A stretch of 64,000 bases of DNA, from NCBI GenBank assembly GCA_964252075.1, contig CAXULY010000006.1:96001-160000 (forward strand), given 5' to 3'. A model generated the notes under the pieces. The model did not search any database and was not told the origin of the DNA. It saw nothing but the letters and a program-made list of their open reading frames with translations. The number at the start of each line of letters is the position of its first letter. The stretch's first letter is position 1. The stretch is from an uncultured Deinococcaceae bacterium. Its GTDB lineage: Bacteria > Deinococcota > Deinococci > Deinococcales > Deinococcaceae. Made by a program: the position numbers and the translations under genes. Positions 20,813 to 28,814 of this stretch are shown here, piece by piece.

Positions 20813-22060
20813 TTACCGGCGGGTTTTGCTTCTGCTGCGGTCGTAGGCCTGGCTAAGGGCGCGCTTGCGCAGGCCCGCGTCGTCGCCCGCGTGGAGGTCG
20901 GCGCTCAGGGCGTCCAGCTCGGCGAGGTCGGCGGCGCTGCTTGCACTCATGGGCGCGGCGGCCACCAGGGTCCTCGCCTGACTCAGGCTCACTTCGGCGC
21001 GCTGGCGGTCCCCGCGGTCGAGAGCGGCGATGGTCTCCCGCCGCAGGCGCGCCGCGTCCAGCGCCGTCACGACCTCCTGCACGCCAGGGTCGTTCGGCAG
21101 GGCGGTGTGCGCGGCGGCGTCCAGCACGGGGAGGTTCAGTTGCGCGCGCAGGGTGTGGCGGCCGCGCGCGTCACTCCACGCCAGCCGCGCGCGCATCACG
21201 CCGATGGGCGCGCCGCGGACCGCGAGGGCCGGGACGCGGAGGGTCGCGATCACGTCGATCGGCTGGCCGTCCAGCAGGTTCGGGAGGTGCCAGCGCCCGT
21301 GGGCGTTGCGTTCCAGGTCGTTCAGCACGCCCAGCGCCTGCACCCCGAACTCCGGGTTGGGTTCCACGCCGAGGCTCACGGTGCGTCCGGTGGTGCGGCC
21401 CAGGCCCTGGAGTTCCGCCTCGAAGAAGCTGGGGAGTTTGGCGGGGTCCTCGACGTGCTCGAAGTTTCCGTCTCCGGCGTTGGCGACGCCGAGCAGCAGG
21501 TCCTCGTCGTAGTGCGTGCCCAGGCCGATGGCGCTGGTGCTGACGCCGCGCTCGGCGAGGCCCCGCACCTGCGGCGCGATGTCGGTGAGGCGCTGGAGGC
21601 CGACGTTCGCCTGCCCGTCGGTGAGCAGGATCACGCGGTTCAGCGCGCCGGGCTGCAGGTGCGTGGCGACCTCGGTGGCGCCCGCGAACCAGCCCGCGTG
21701 CAGCGCCGTGCTGCCGCCGGAGTCAATGCCGGCGAGGGCGGTGAGGATGCCCGCCGGGTCGGTCACGAACTGCGATGGGACGAGCACGTCCACGTGGTCG
21801 TCGAAGGTCACGATGCTGACGCGGTCCTGCGGGTGGAGCTGGCGCACGGCGGCCTGGGCGGCCTCGCGGGCCATGTGCAGGGGGTGCCCGGCCATGCTGC
21901 CGCTGCGGTCGATGACGAGCGCCAGGTTGAGGGGTGGGCGGGGGCGCTGCGCCTGGCTGGCGGTCGGGGCGTGCACGCGGATCAGCACGGTGAGTTCGGT
22001 GGGCTGGCTGGCGTGCAGGGCGGCGTGCAGGGGGCGCAGTTCGATGCGGGGGTCGGTCAT
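20813..22060 (-). CDS. von Willebrand factor type A (vWA) domain protein
   Basis: RPPLNLALVIDRSGSMAG (MIDAS DxSxS), GSTAL, LLTDGQANVG, YDEDLL. ATG overlaps the stop of the upstream MerR gene. Confidence 0.9.
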   Translation of the reverse strand: MTDPRIELRPLHAALHASQPTELTVLIRVHAPTASQAQRPRPPLNLALVIDRSGSMAGHPLHMAREAAQAAVRQLHPQDRVSIVTFDDHVDVLVPSQFVTDPAGILTALAGIDSGGSTALHAGWFAGATEVATHLQPGALNRVILLTDGQANVGLQRLTDIAPQVRGLAERGVSTSAIGLGTHYDEDLLLGVANAGDGNFEHVEDPAKLPSFFEAELQGLGRTTGRTVSLGVEPNPEFGVQALGVLNDLERNAHGRWHLPNLLDGQPIDVIATLRVPALAVRGAPIGVMRARLAWSDARGRHTLRAQLNLPVLDAAAHTALPNDPGVQEVVTALDAARLRRETIAALDRGDRQRAEVSLSQARTLVAAAPMSASSAADLAELDALSADLHAGDDAGLRKRALSQAYDRSRSKTRR

Positions 22061-22674
22061 GGCCTGTCCTTTCTGAGGGCGGCGAGCGCGTCGAGGAGGG
22101 TGCGGGTGAGGGCCTGCTGTTCGGCGGGCGTGCGGGGAAGCTGGGCGTGGCGCTGGACGTGCAGTTCCACGCCGGGCGCGAGCGGGACGCGGGTGTAGGT
22201 GTCGGTGGGGGGCGCGGCTGAGGCGGCGGGCGCGGGGGCAGGTGGGGGCGCGCGGCGGGCGTGCTGGGGTGGGGCGCCCTCTTGCAGGGACGCCAGGAAG
22301 TCCAGGGCGGGGTTGCTGGCTTGAGGTTGGATTTCCAGGCGGCTCTGGCCGACGATGAGGGCGCGCAGGTCGTCGTCCGAGCGGGTCGTGAGGACGCCGT
22401 GCAGCGCCTGGGCGGTGAGGCCTTCGCTCATGAGGCGGCGCAGGGCCAGCACCTGCAAGAGGTGGCGGGCGGTGTAGCGGGCTTCGCGGCCGTACTTCAA
22501 GGGTTCGTCGAGCAGGCCCAGGGAGGTGTAGTGGCGGATCAGGCGGGGGCTGATCTGGTCCTGCGTGCGGCCCGAACGGTCCAGCGGCAGGTGGTGGGGG
22601 AGCAGGGCGTTGACCTGCGCGGCGAGGTCGTCGAGGCTGCCGGTCCACGCGGTCGGCAGGTCATGTCCGGACAT
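22057..22674 (-). CDS. MerR-type HTH regulator
   Basis: SPRLIRHYTSLGLLDEP...REARYTARHLLQVLALRRLMSEGLT; C-terminal YTRVPLAPGVELHV. Confidence 0.85.
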   Translation of the reverse strand: MSGHDLPTAWTGSLDDLAAQVNALLPHHLPLDRSGRTQDQISPRLIRHYTSLGLLDEPLKYGREARYTARHLLQVLALRRLMSEGLTAQALHGVLTTRSDDDLRALIVGQSRLEIQPQASNPALDFLASLQEGAPPQHARRAPPPAPAPAASAAPPTDTYTRVPLAPGVELHVQRHAQLPRTPAEQQALTRTLLDALAALRKDRP

Positions 22675-22679
22675 GCCAT

Positions 22680-22708
22680 AGCGTAATCCTGACAACTCAA
22701 GCTGTCAA
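22680..22708 (-). promoter_or_regulatory. Sigma70-type promoter of the MerR-vWA operon with an overlapping palindrome
   Basis: Minus strand TTGACA-17nt-TACGCT-5nt-ATG; inverted repeat TGACA-N8-TGTCA at 22690-22707. Confidence 0.75.
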
Positions 22709-23000
22709 TATCTACTCGATTGGTCGTAGAGGTGGGACCGCTGTGTTGCCCCAACTGCGATCCCCATGGCCGTTCAGTGACCGTCCAGCCAGGATTCAGC
22801 CCGCCGCTCCAGGTGAGGTTCCGAGAGGTGATGCCGGAGGCGCCCCCTCACGTCCCCGGACCGGACGCTCCCCTCCCCTGCGCCCTCCACCCCGCTCATG
22901 CGGCAGGTCAGCCAGGCGGTGCGCCTCACGGTCGTCCGCGCGGCGCACCGCCTCTGAACGCCCCTCCACCATCTGCCACCCACCACGTTGGGACACGCCC

Positions 23001-23040
23001 GCCGTTCAACTAACGGCAGCTAACGGCCCCCTTTTAACCT
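23001..23040 (+). promoter_or_regulatory. Activator-type promoter: CTAACGGC direct repeats upstream of a TAACCT -10 box
   Basis: CTAACGGC at 23010-23017 and 23020-23027 (10-bp period), inverted GCCGTT at 23001-23006, TAACCT at 23035-23040, no canonical -35. Confidence 0.55.
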
Positions 23041-23102
23041 TCAGACAGCTCGGACGGGAAGACCAGCAGGGACGCCCACCAGAGACCGAAAGGAGGCACG
23101 CC

Positions 23103-23126
23103 GTGACGGAGAAGTGCATCTTCTAA
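23103..23126 (+). CDS. Micro-ORF peptide 1, MTEKCIF (7 aa)
   Basis: GAAAGGAGG, 6 nt, then GTG ACG GAG AAG TGC ATC TTC TAA. Confidence 0.7.
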   Translation: MTEKCIF

Positions 23127-23182
23127 GCCCGAACCGCCCGCTCCACCCCACCGCCACCGCACGCCCGAAAGGAGGCCCCACC

Positions 23183-23206
23183 ATGACCGAAAAGTGCATC
23201 TTCTGA
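23183..23206 (+). CDS. Micro-ORF peptide 2, MTEKCIF (7 aa)
   Basis: GAAAGGAGG, 7 nt, then ATG ACC GAA AAG TGC ATC TTC TGA. Same peptide as copy 1 with four silent differences; 80 bp downstream of it. Confidence 0.72.
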   Translation: MTEKCIF

Positions 23207-23256
23207 GCCGCGCCCACCCCGCACCTCGCCCCTCACCGCAGGAAAGGAGGACCGCC

Positions 23257-23292
23257 ATGAACGACGTCATCGTCTTCGTCATCGTGTTCTGA
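23257..23292 (+). CDS. Micro-ORF peptide 3, MNDVIVFVIVF (11 aa)
   Basis: GAAAGGAGG, 6 nt, then ATG AAC GAC GTC ATC GTC TTC GTC ATC GTG TTC TGA; every sense codon ends in G or C. Confidence 0.68.
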   Translation: MNDVIVFVIVF

Positions 23293-23309
23293 ACCCACCG
23301 CCCCGCCCA

Positions 23310-23337
23310 CAGCGCGGTTCCTCTGAGGACCGCGCTG
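23310..23337 (+). other. Intercistronic stem-loop between the micro-ORFs and the MFS gene
   Basis: CAGCGCGG-T-TCCT-CTG-AGGA-CCGCGCTG. Confidence 0.55.
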
Positions 23338-23359
23338 CCCTTCTGACAAGGACCCCGCC

Positions 23360-24655
23360 ATGACCAGCGCCCCGCCCAGCCGCGTTTCCCCCCTCGCCGT
23401 GTTCCGCCACCGCACCTTCACCCGCCTGTGGCTCGCCCAGTTCGTCTCGCAGTTCGGCTCCGGCCTCACCACCGTGGCCGCCGGCCTGATGGTGTACCGC
23501 CAGACGGGCTCGGCCCTCAGCGTGGGCCTCATGCTGGCCGTCACGGTGCTGCCCAGCCTCGCGCTGGGCCTGCTGGCGGGCGCGGTGGTGGACCGGGTGG
23601 ACCGCCGCCGCCTGATGATCGCGGCGGACGTGGCGCGCGCGGCCCTGATCGCGCTGATTCCGCTGCTCAGCCCGCACGGCCTGGGGTGGCTGTACGCGCT
23701 GGTGCTGTGCGCGGGCGTGGCCAGCCAGTTCTTCGAGCCGGCCTTCGAGTCCGCGCTGCCCGAGACGGCGCCCGAGGCGGAACTGGACGCCGCGAACACC
23801 TTCATGACGGTGAGCAGCACCGGCGCCTGGGCGCTGGGCTTCGGGGTGGCGGGCCTGATCGCGTCGGCCTCGCTGCCCTTCGCGTTCGTGCTGGACGCCC
23901 TGACCTTCGCGGCGTCGGCGGCGCTGCTGTGGCGCGTGCGGCTGGCCCCACCGGAGCGCGCGGACGGGGCTTTCTCGGTGCGCGCGGCGGCGCAGGACGT
24001 GCGGGCGGGCCTGACGCTGGTGCGCGGCCAGCCGGCGCTGCGCTCGCTGTTCGCCACGACCGCCCCGGTGCTGCTGTTGTTCGGCCTGATCAACGCGCTG
24101 CTGCTGCCCTTCACGATGCGCGCGCTGCACGCGGACAGCGCCGCCTACGGCCTGCTGGAGAGCGTCTCGGTGGTGGGGAACGTCGCGGGCAGCCTGCTGC
24201 TGGTCGCGGTGGTGCGCCGCCTGCAGCCCGGCCAGTGGATGGCGATCAGCCTGCTGGGCCTGGGCGCCTTTCAGGGCCTGCTGGGCCTGCTACACCACGT
24301 GCCGGGCGCGCTGCTGTGCCTGCTGATCTCGGGGCTGTTCAACGCGCCTTTGGTGTACGCCCGGCGCACCATCGTGCAGCGCGAGGTGGCGCGCGAGCTG
24401 CGGGGCCGCGTGGGCAGCGCGCTGTTCGTGCTGCGCGACGTGGCGCTGGTGGGCGGCGCGCTCCTGGCGGGCCTGGCGGACGTCATGGACGTGCGGGTGT
24501 TGATGCTCGCGTGCGGCGCGCTGCTGGTGCTCATGGCGCTGGTGACGGCGCGCCTGCCCGGCCTGCGCGGGGCGCGCGGCGACTGGCGGCGCGCCCTGGC
24601 GGGCTTCCGGCTGGGGCGCGCCTCACCTGAGGCTGCGGTGCCCGACACCCACTGA
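23360..24655 (+). CDS. MFS exporter (DHA3/MefA-like)
   Basis: FTRLWLAQFVSQFGS, motif A GAVVDRVDRRRLMIAADVAR, LRGRV; about 12 hydrophobic segments. Confidence 0.9.
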   Translation: MTSAPPSRVSPLAVFRHRTFTRLWLAQFVSQFGSGLTTVAAGLMVYRQTGSALSVGLMLAVTVLPSLALGLLAGAVVDRVDRRRLMIAADVARAALIALIPLLSPHGLGWLYALVLCAGVASQFFEPAFESALPETAPEAELDAANTFMTVSSTGAWALGFGVAGLIASASLPFAFVLDALTFAASAALLWRVRLAPPERADGAFSVRAAAQDVRAGLTLVRGQPALRSLFATTAPVLLLFGLINALLLPFTMRALHADSAAYGLLESVSVVGNVAGSLLLVAVVRRLQPGQWMAISLLGLGAFQGLLGLLHHVPGALLCLLISGLFNAPLVYARRTIVQREVARELRGRVGSALFVLRDVALVGGALLAGLADVMDVRVLMLACGALLVLMALVTARLPGLRGARGDWRRALAGFRLGRASPEAAVPDTH

Positions 24656-27550
24656 GGGCGGGTCGCCGCCCGAGCGGGCCACGGCCAGGGCCGCGCCGAG
24701 GGGCGCGGCCCGGCCGTGTCGGTACTGCGCCTCGCCGAGCGGCCCGCACTGCTGGCGGGCCTCCTCGACGTGGTTGTGCTCGAACCCCAGGGGCGGCACG
24801 CCCAGCGCCTCCAGCAGCGCGTCGGCCGCGCCCGCCAGGTAGAGGCAGCGGGCGGGCTGGCCTTCCACGGCGGCGAGTTTCGCGAATTCCGTCAGGGAGG
24901 CCGCCACGCCCCGCTGGCGGCCCAGCTGGTGGAACACCTCCAGCGCCTCCGTGAGTTGCGCGCGCCCGGCGTCCAGCGCGCCGTCGTTGATGTTCTGGTC
25001 GGCGAGGTTGAAGAGCGAGTTGGCGATGCCCTGCCGGTCCCCGAGTTCGCGCTTGATGGCGAGGCTCTGCTCCGTGAGGCGGCGGTACTCCGGGCCGGGG
25101 TCGAGGGTGTTCGCGAGGTTCCCCAGCGCGTATGAGACCCCCTGGCGGTCGCCCAGCGCCTCCTTGAGGGCCAGGCTCTCCTCGAACAGCGGGCGCGCCC
25201 GGTCGAAGTCGTTCTGGTAGGCCAGCGTGACGCCCAGGTCGTTGAGGGTGGCGGACAGCGCCCAGCGGTCCGGGGGGTTGGCCGCGCGCCGCAGCGTGAG
25301 CGCCGCCTCCAGGTGGGCGAGCGCGGCGTCCAGTTCCCCGCGCTCGCGGTGGTTCAGGCCCAGGCCGTGCAGGGCGCTCGCCTCGGTGGCCGGGGTGGCG
25401 CCCTGCACGGCGGCGTCCAGGCCCGCGGTGAGCAGGCGCTGCGCGTCGGCGTACGCCCCCAGGTCGCGCGCGAGGCCGCCCGCCGCGATGAGCGCCTCGG
25501 TTCGCCGGGGCCCGGAGGCGCCCGGCCGCTCGCTGGCGGCCCGCAGGCCCGCGTGGCCCTCGCGCAGGTGACCGCGCACGTACCAGTACCAGTGCAGCCC
25601 GACCGCCATGTCCAGCGCGGCGTGCGCCTCCCCGTGCGTCAGGAGCCACCTGAGGGCTTCGCTGAGGTTCTCGTGCTCGGCCTGCAGGCGGTCCATCCAC
25701 GCGCCCTGCTCCGGGCCGCGCAGGTGCGGCTCCGCCTGCGCCACCAGCGCGGCGTACTGCGCGGCGTGCGCGGCGCGCACCTCCGCCTCCCGCGCGGGCG
25801 ACTGCGCGAGGTGCTGCGCGGCGTACTGGCGGATCACCTCGTGCATCGCGTGTCGGCCGCCACGGTCGCGGCGCACCATGGACTGGTCCGCCAGCGTCAG
25901 CAGCGTGCGCAGGGGCGCGCCCGTGACGGCCGTGGCCGCCGCGCGCTCGAAGCCCCCGCGGAACACCGACAGGGCCGCGAGCGTCCGCCGCTCACCGGGG
26001 CCCAGCAGGCGCCAGGACGCCTCGAACGCCGCGGCGAGGCTACGGTGCCGCTCCGGGCGGTCTGGCGCGTCGCCCTCCACCACGTCCAGGTCGCGGGCGA
26101 GTTCGTCCGCCAGGTCCGATGGCTCGAAGGTGCCCAGCCACGCCGCGGCGAGCTCCAGCGCGAGGGGCAGGCCCTCCGTCAGCTGGCACAGGCGCAGCAG
26201 GCCCAGCAGGTTGTCCTCCTGCAGCGCGAAGCCGGGGCGGGCGCGGCCGCCGCGCTCCACCAGCAGCCGGATCGCGCCCGAGCGGGCCGCCTGCTCCAGC
26301 GAGGTGCCCGCCGGGTAATCCAGGCCGCCCAGCGGCATCACCCACTCCGCCGCCAGGCCCAGGCGGATGCGGGACGTGACCAGCAGCTGCAGGTCCGGCG
26401 CGCCGTCCAGCAGCGCCACCAGCAGCTGCAGCAGGGCCGCGCGCTCCTCGCCCTGCTGCAGCTGCTCCAGGTTGTCCAGCACCAGCAGGGTGGGGGCCGC
26501 CCGCAGGGCCGCGATCACCTGCGCGTCCGGCGGCTGCATCGCGCTCAACTTCAGGTCTAGGGCGGCCGCCAGCGCGGCGGGCAGCTCGTCCGCGCGGGTG
26601 GCGGCGGCGAGCGGCACGAACACCGCCCGCGCGCCGCCCGCCTCCGCGTGATGGCGCAGGGCCTCCTGCGACAGGCGCGTCTTGCCCGCACCGCCCGGCC
26701 CGGTGAGGGTCAGCAGGCGGCAGGTGGGCTGGCGCAGCTGGTCCAGCAGCCACTCCAGTTCCGCCCGCCGCCCGAACAGCGGCCCCAGCGCGGGCCCCGC
26801 CGGGCGCGACGCGGGCGCGTCGACGGGCAGCGGCGCCGCGTGCGCCAGGCGCTCCTTCAGCTCGCCGTACAGGCGGGTGGTGGCCGCGCCGGGCTCCACG
26901 CCCATATCCAGGCGCAACTGCGTCCGGAAGCGCTCGTACGTGAGCGCGAGCGCGTCCGCCCGGCCCAGCTGGGCGGCGCAGCGCAGCGCGGCCTGCACCG
27001 CCTCCTCCGCGTAGGGGCTGTGCTGCAGCAGCTGCTCCAGGCTGGCGAGCGCCTCCGCGGGCCGCCCCGCCGCCTCCAGCAGGGTCGCCTGACCCAGCAG
27101 CGCGTCCAGCCACGCGCCGTGCAGCTCCTCGCGCTCGTCGTCGAGCCACACCTCGAACTCCGGCAGGCCCACGGGCCGCGCGCCGTCCAGCAGCGCGCCG
27201 CGGTGCAGGGTCAGGGCGGTCGCCCAGTCGCCCGCCGCGCACGCGCGCCGGAAGTCCCGCACGTCCACGCCACCCACCCAGCGCAGGTGCCCGCCCGTGG
27301 CGTCCAGGCCCGCGCCCCACGGCTGGTGACGCAGGCGGTGCAGCAGGTTGCGCAGGCGGTTGCGCGCCGCGCCCTCCTCCACGTCCGGGTACAGGCACGC
27401 CAGCACGTCCTCGCGCGCGACAGGCTCCGCGTGACCGGCCACGAAGGCGGCGAGCCACAACGGCGCCTCCAGCGGCAGGGGCTCCAGCGTCTCCTGCAGC
27501 CACGCCGCGGGCGGCCCCAGCAACGCGAGCCGCGGGGGAACGTCACTCAC
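24623..27550 (-). CDS. SARP/AfsR-like regulator: wHTH, BTAD, NB-ARC (STAND) ATPase and TPR repeats
   Basis: REDVLACLYPDVEEGAARNRLRNLLHRLR (wHTH); LHRGALLDG...FEVWLDDERE (BTAD); LLTLTGPGGAGKTRL and LLVLDNLEQL (NTPase); LTEGLPLALELAAA; repeated TPR units SLALKEALGDRQGVSYALGNLA and SLAIKRELGDRQGIANSLFNLA. Start taken at GTG 27550 (uncertain). Confidence 0.88.
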   Translation of the reverse strand: MSDVPPRLALLGPPAAWLQETLEPLPLEAPLWLAAFVAGHAEPVAREDVLACLYPDVEEGAARNRLRNLLHRLRHQPWGAGLDATGGHLRWVGGVDVRDFRRACAAGDWATALTLHRGALLDGARPVGLPEFEVWLDDEREELHGAWLDALLGQATLLEAAGRPAEALASLEQLLQHSPYAEEAVQAALRCAAQLGRADALALTYERFRTQLRLDMGVEPGAATTRLYGELKERLAHAAPLPVDAPASRPAGPALGPLFGRRAELEWLLDQLRQPTCRLLTLTGPGGAGKTRLSQEALRHHAEAGGARAVFVPLAAATRADELPAALAAALDLKLSAMQPPDAQVIAALRAAPTLLVLDNLEQLQQGEERAALLQLLVALLDGAPDLQLLVTSRIRLGLAAEWVMPLGGLDYPAGTSLEQAARSGAIRLLVERGGRARPGFALQEDNLLGLLRLCQLTEGLPLALELAAAWLGTFEPSDLADELARDLDVVEGDAPDRPERHRSLAAAFEASWRLLGPGERRTLAALSVFRGGFERAAATAVTGAPLRTLLTLADQSMVRRDRGGRHAMHEVIRQYAAQHLAQSPAREAEVRAAHAAQYAALVAQAEPHLRGPEQGAWMDRLQAEHENLSEALRWLLTHGEAHAALDMAVGLHWYWYVRGHLREGHAGLRAASERPGASGPRRTEALIAAGGLARDLGAYADAQRLLTAGLDAAVQGATPATEASALHGLGLNHRERGELDAALAHLEAALTLRRAANPPDRWALSATLNDLGVTLAYQNDFDRARPLFEESLALKEALGDRQGVSYALGNLANTLDPGPEYRRLTEQSLAIKRELGDRQGIANSLFNLADQNINDGALDAGRAQLTEALEVFHQLGRQRGVAASLTEFAKLAAVEGQPARCLYLAGAADALLEALGVPPLGFEHNHVEEARQQCGPLGEAQYRHGRAAPLGAALAVARSGGDPPSVGVGHRSLR

Positions 27551-27976
27551 GCGCAGCCCCGCAGGCCGGAACGGCGCGCCGCGGCGCGCAGGGCCGCCCG
27601 CGCCCACCACGCACCCATCACACCCACGGCATGGGCATGGACATCCCCTCGCCTCGCACCAGACCAGTATGCCCCGCGCACGCCCCCGGCATGCGGGCGT
27701 GGGGATTGACCAGGTCCTCTCAGCCACGGGCCAGCGGGCTCGACACCGGCGCCTCCACAGGGGGTCATGCGGTGCGGGGTCCGGCGCAGGGTCGGCAGGC
27801 CATGGGCTGATGTCCGGCGTGGAGCCTGCGGCGTCCGCGAAGGGCCGCCGTCATCACCCGCAGTGCTGACCCTCAGGCCTTCGACGCCCCGCACGCACGG
27901 AGTGGCACCTGGCAGGTTCGGTCAGGCGAGCGCCGTGGGTTCGACGCGCCGGGTCACCCAGGGTACCGTGTGGGCC

Positions 27977-28366
27977 ATGACGACCGAACCGCTCTTCCAG
28001 GCGGTGGACTGCCTGCAGGTGCCCGTACCGGACCTGGAGACCGCCCTTCGCTTCTACCGCGATCACCTCGGCCACGCCCTCGTGTGGCGCACCGCCACCG
28101 CCGCTGGCCTGCAGCTGGGGAACACCGGGACGGAGCTGGTGCTGCAGACCGCGCGGCCGGAACTGGAGCCCAACCTCCTGGTGGCGTCCGCGGACGCAGC
28201 GGCGCGCCGCTTCGCGGAGGCGGACGGGTCCATTGAGGTGGCGCCGTTCGACCTGCCCGTGGGGCGGTGCGCGGTGGTGCGGGACCCGTGGGGCAACCGC
28301 CTCGTGCTGCTGGACCTCACCGGCGGACTGCTGCGCACGGACGCCGAAGGGAACGTGATGGACTGA
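27977..28366 (+). CDS. VOC / glyoxalase family protein
   Basis: VPVPDLETALRFYRDHLG...PFDLPVGRCAVVRDPWGNRLVL. TACCGT -10 upstream. Confidence 0.88.
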   Translation: MTTEPLFQAVDCLQVPVPDLETALRFYRDHLGHALVWRTATAAGLQLGNTGTELVLQTARPELEPNLLVASADAAARRFAEADGSIEVAPFDLPVGRCAVVRDPWGNRLVLLDLTGGLLRTDAEGNVMD

Positions 28367-28814
28367 GAAGACCAGGACCATCGCTCGGTGGAATGCAGTG
28401 GCGCACGTCTCCAAGGGCTGCTTGCACTAGGTCATCTTTGCGGAGGACCAGCTGGTGATGCTCGAGCGGGTGGCGGAGGGACCACCCTGGCGATCCCAAA
28501 CAACGCGGACGTGCCGCGTTCATTCGTGATTCCCGCGTCCTTCCCGGACGGCGCGCGGGTCCGCCGCAGAGGACGTGGTGGTGGTGGGGAGTTTGCTCTC
28601 ACTGCGGGCGCTTCCCGCGCGCAGCAGCTGGGCGCTGACCTTCGTTCGCGCGGACGGCCTTGGCGGAGGTGCGGTGACCGTCGCGGCGCGGCGGTGGTGT
28701 GGCGCCCGAGCGAGGTGTATCAGGGGCGCGTCACCCCGTCCGTGCGTTCGCTGTGGACGGCGCGAAGGCCTCTTCGCCTCCTGCTGTGCGGACAACCAGC
28801 GTGAGGAGCCGACG

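Noticed and set aside
22743..23126. 127-aa ORF ending in ...AVTEKCIF as the real gene
   Set aside because: Low-complexity Pro/Arg/Ser upstream part that runs across the promoter. The SD and the duplicated copy show the unit starts at GTG 23103.
23103..23206. MTEKCIF as a CaaX prenylation substrate or agr-type thiolactone precursor
   Set aside because: Cys is third from the end (CaaX needs fourth; typical AIP rings have five residues), and no AgrB, prenyltransferase or other maturase is nearby.
23088..23292. The roughly 80-bp periodic repeats as a CRISPR array
   Set aside because: Only two or three degenerate units, the conserved part is SD plus coding sequence, and there are no cas genes in the window.
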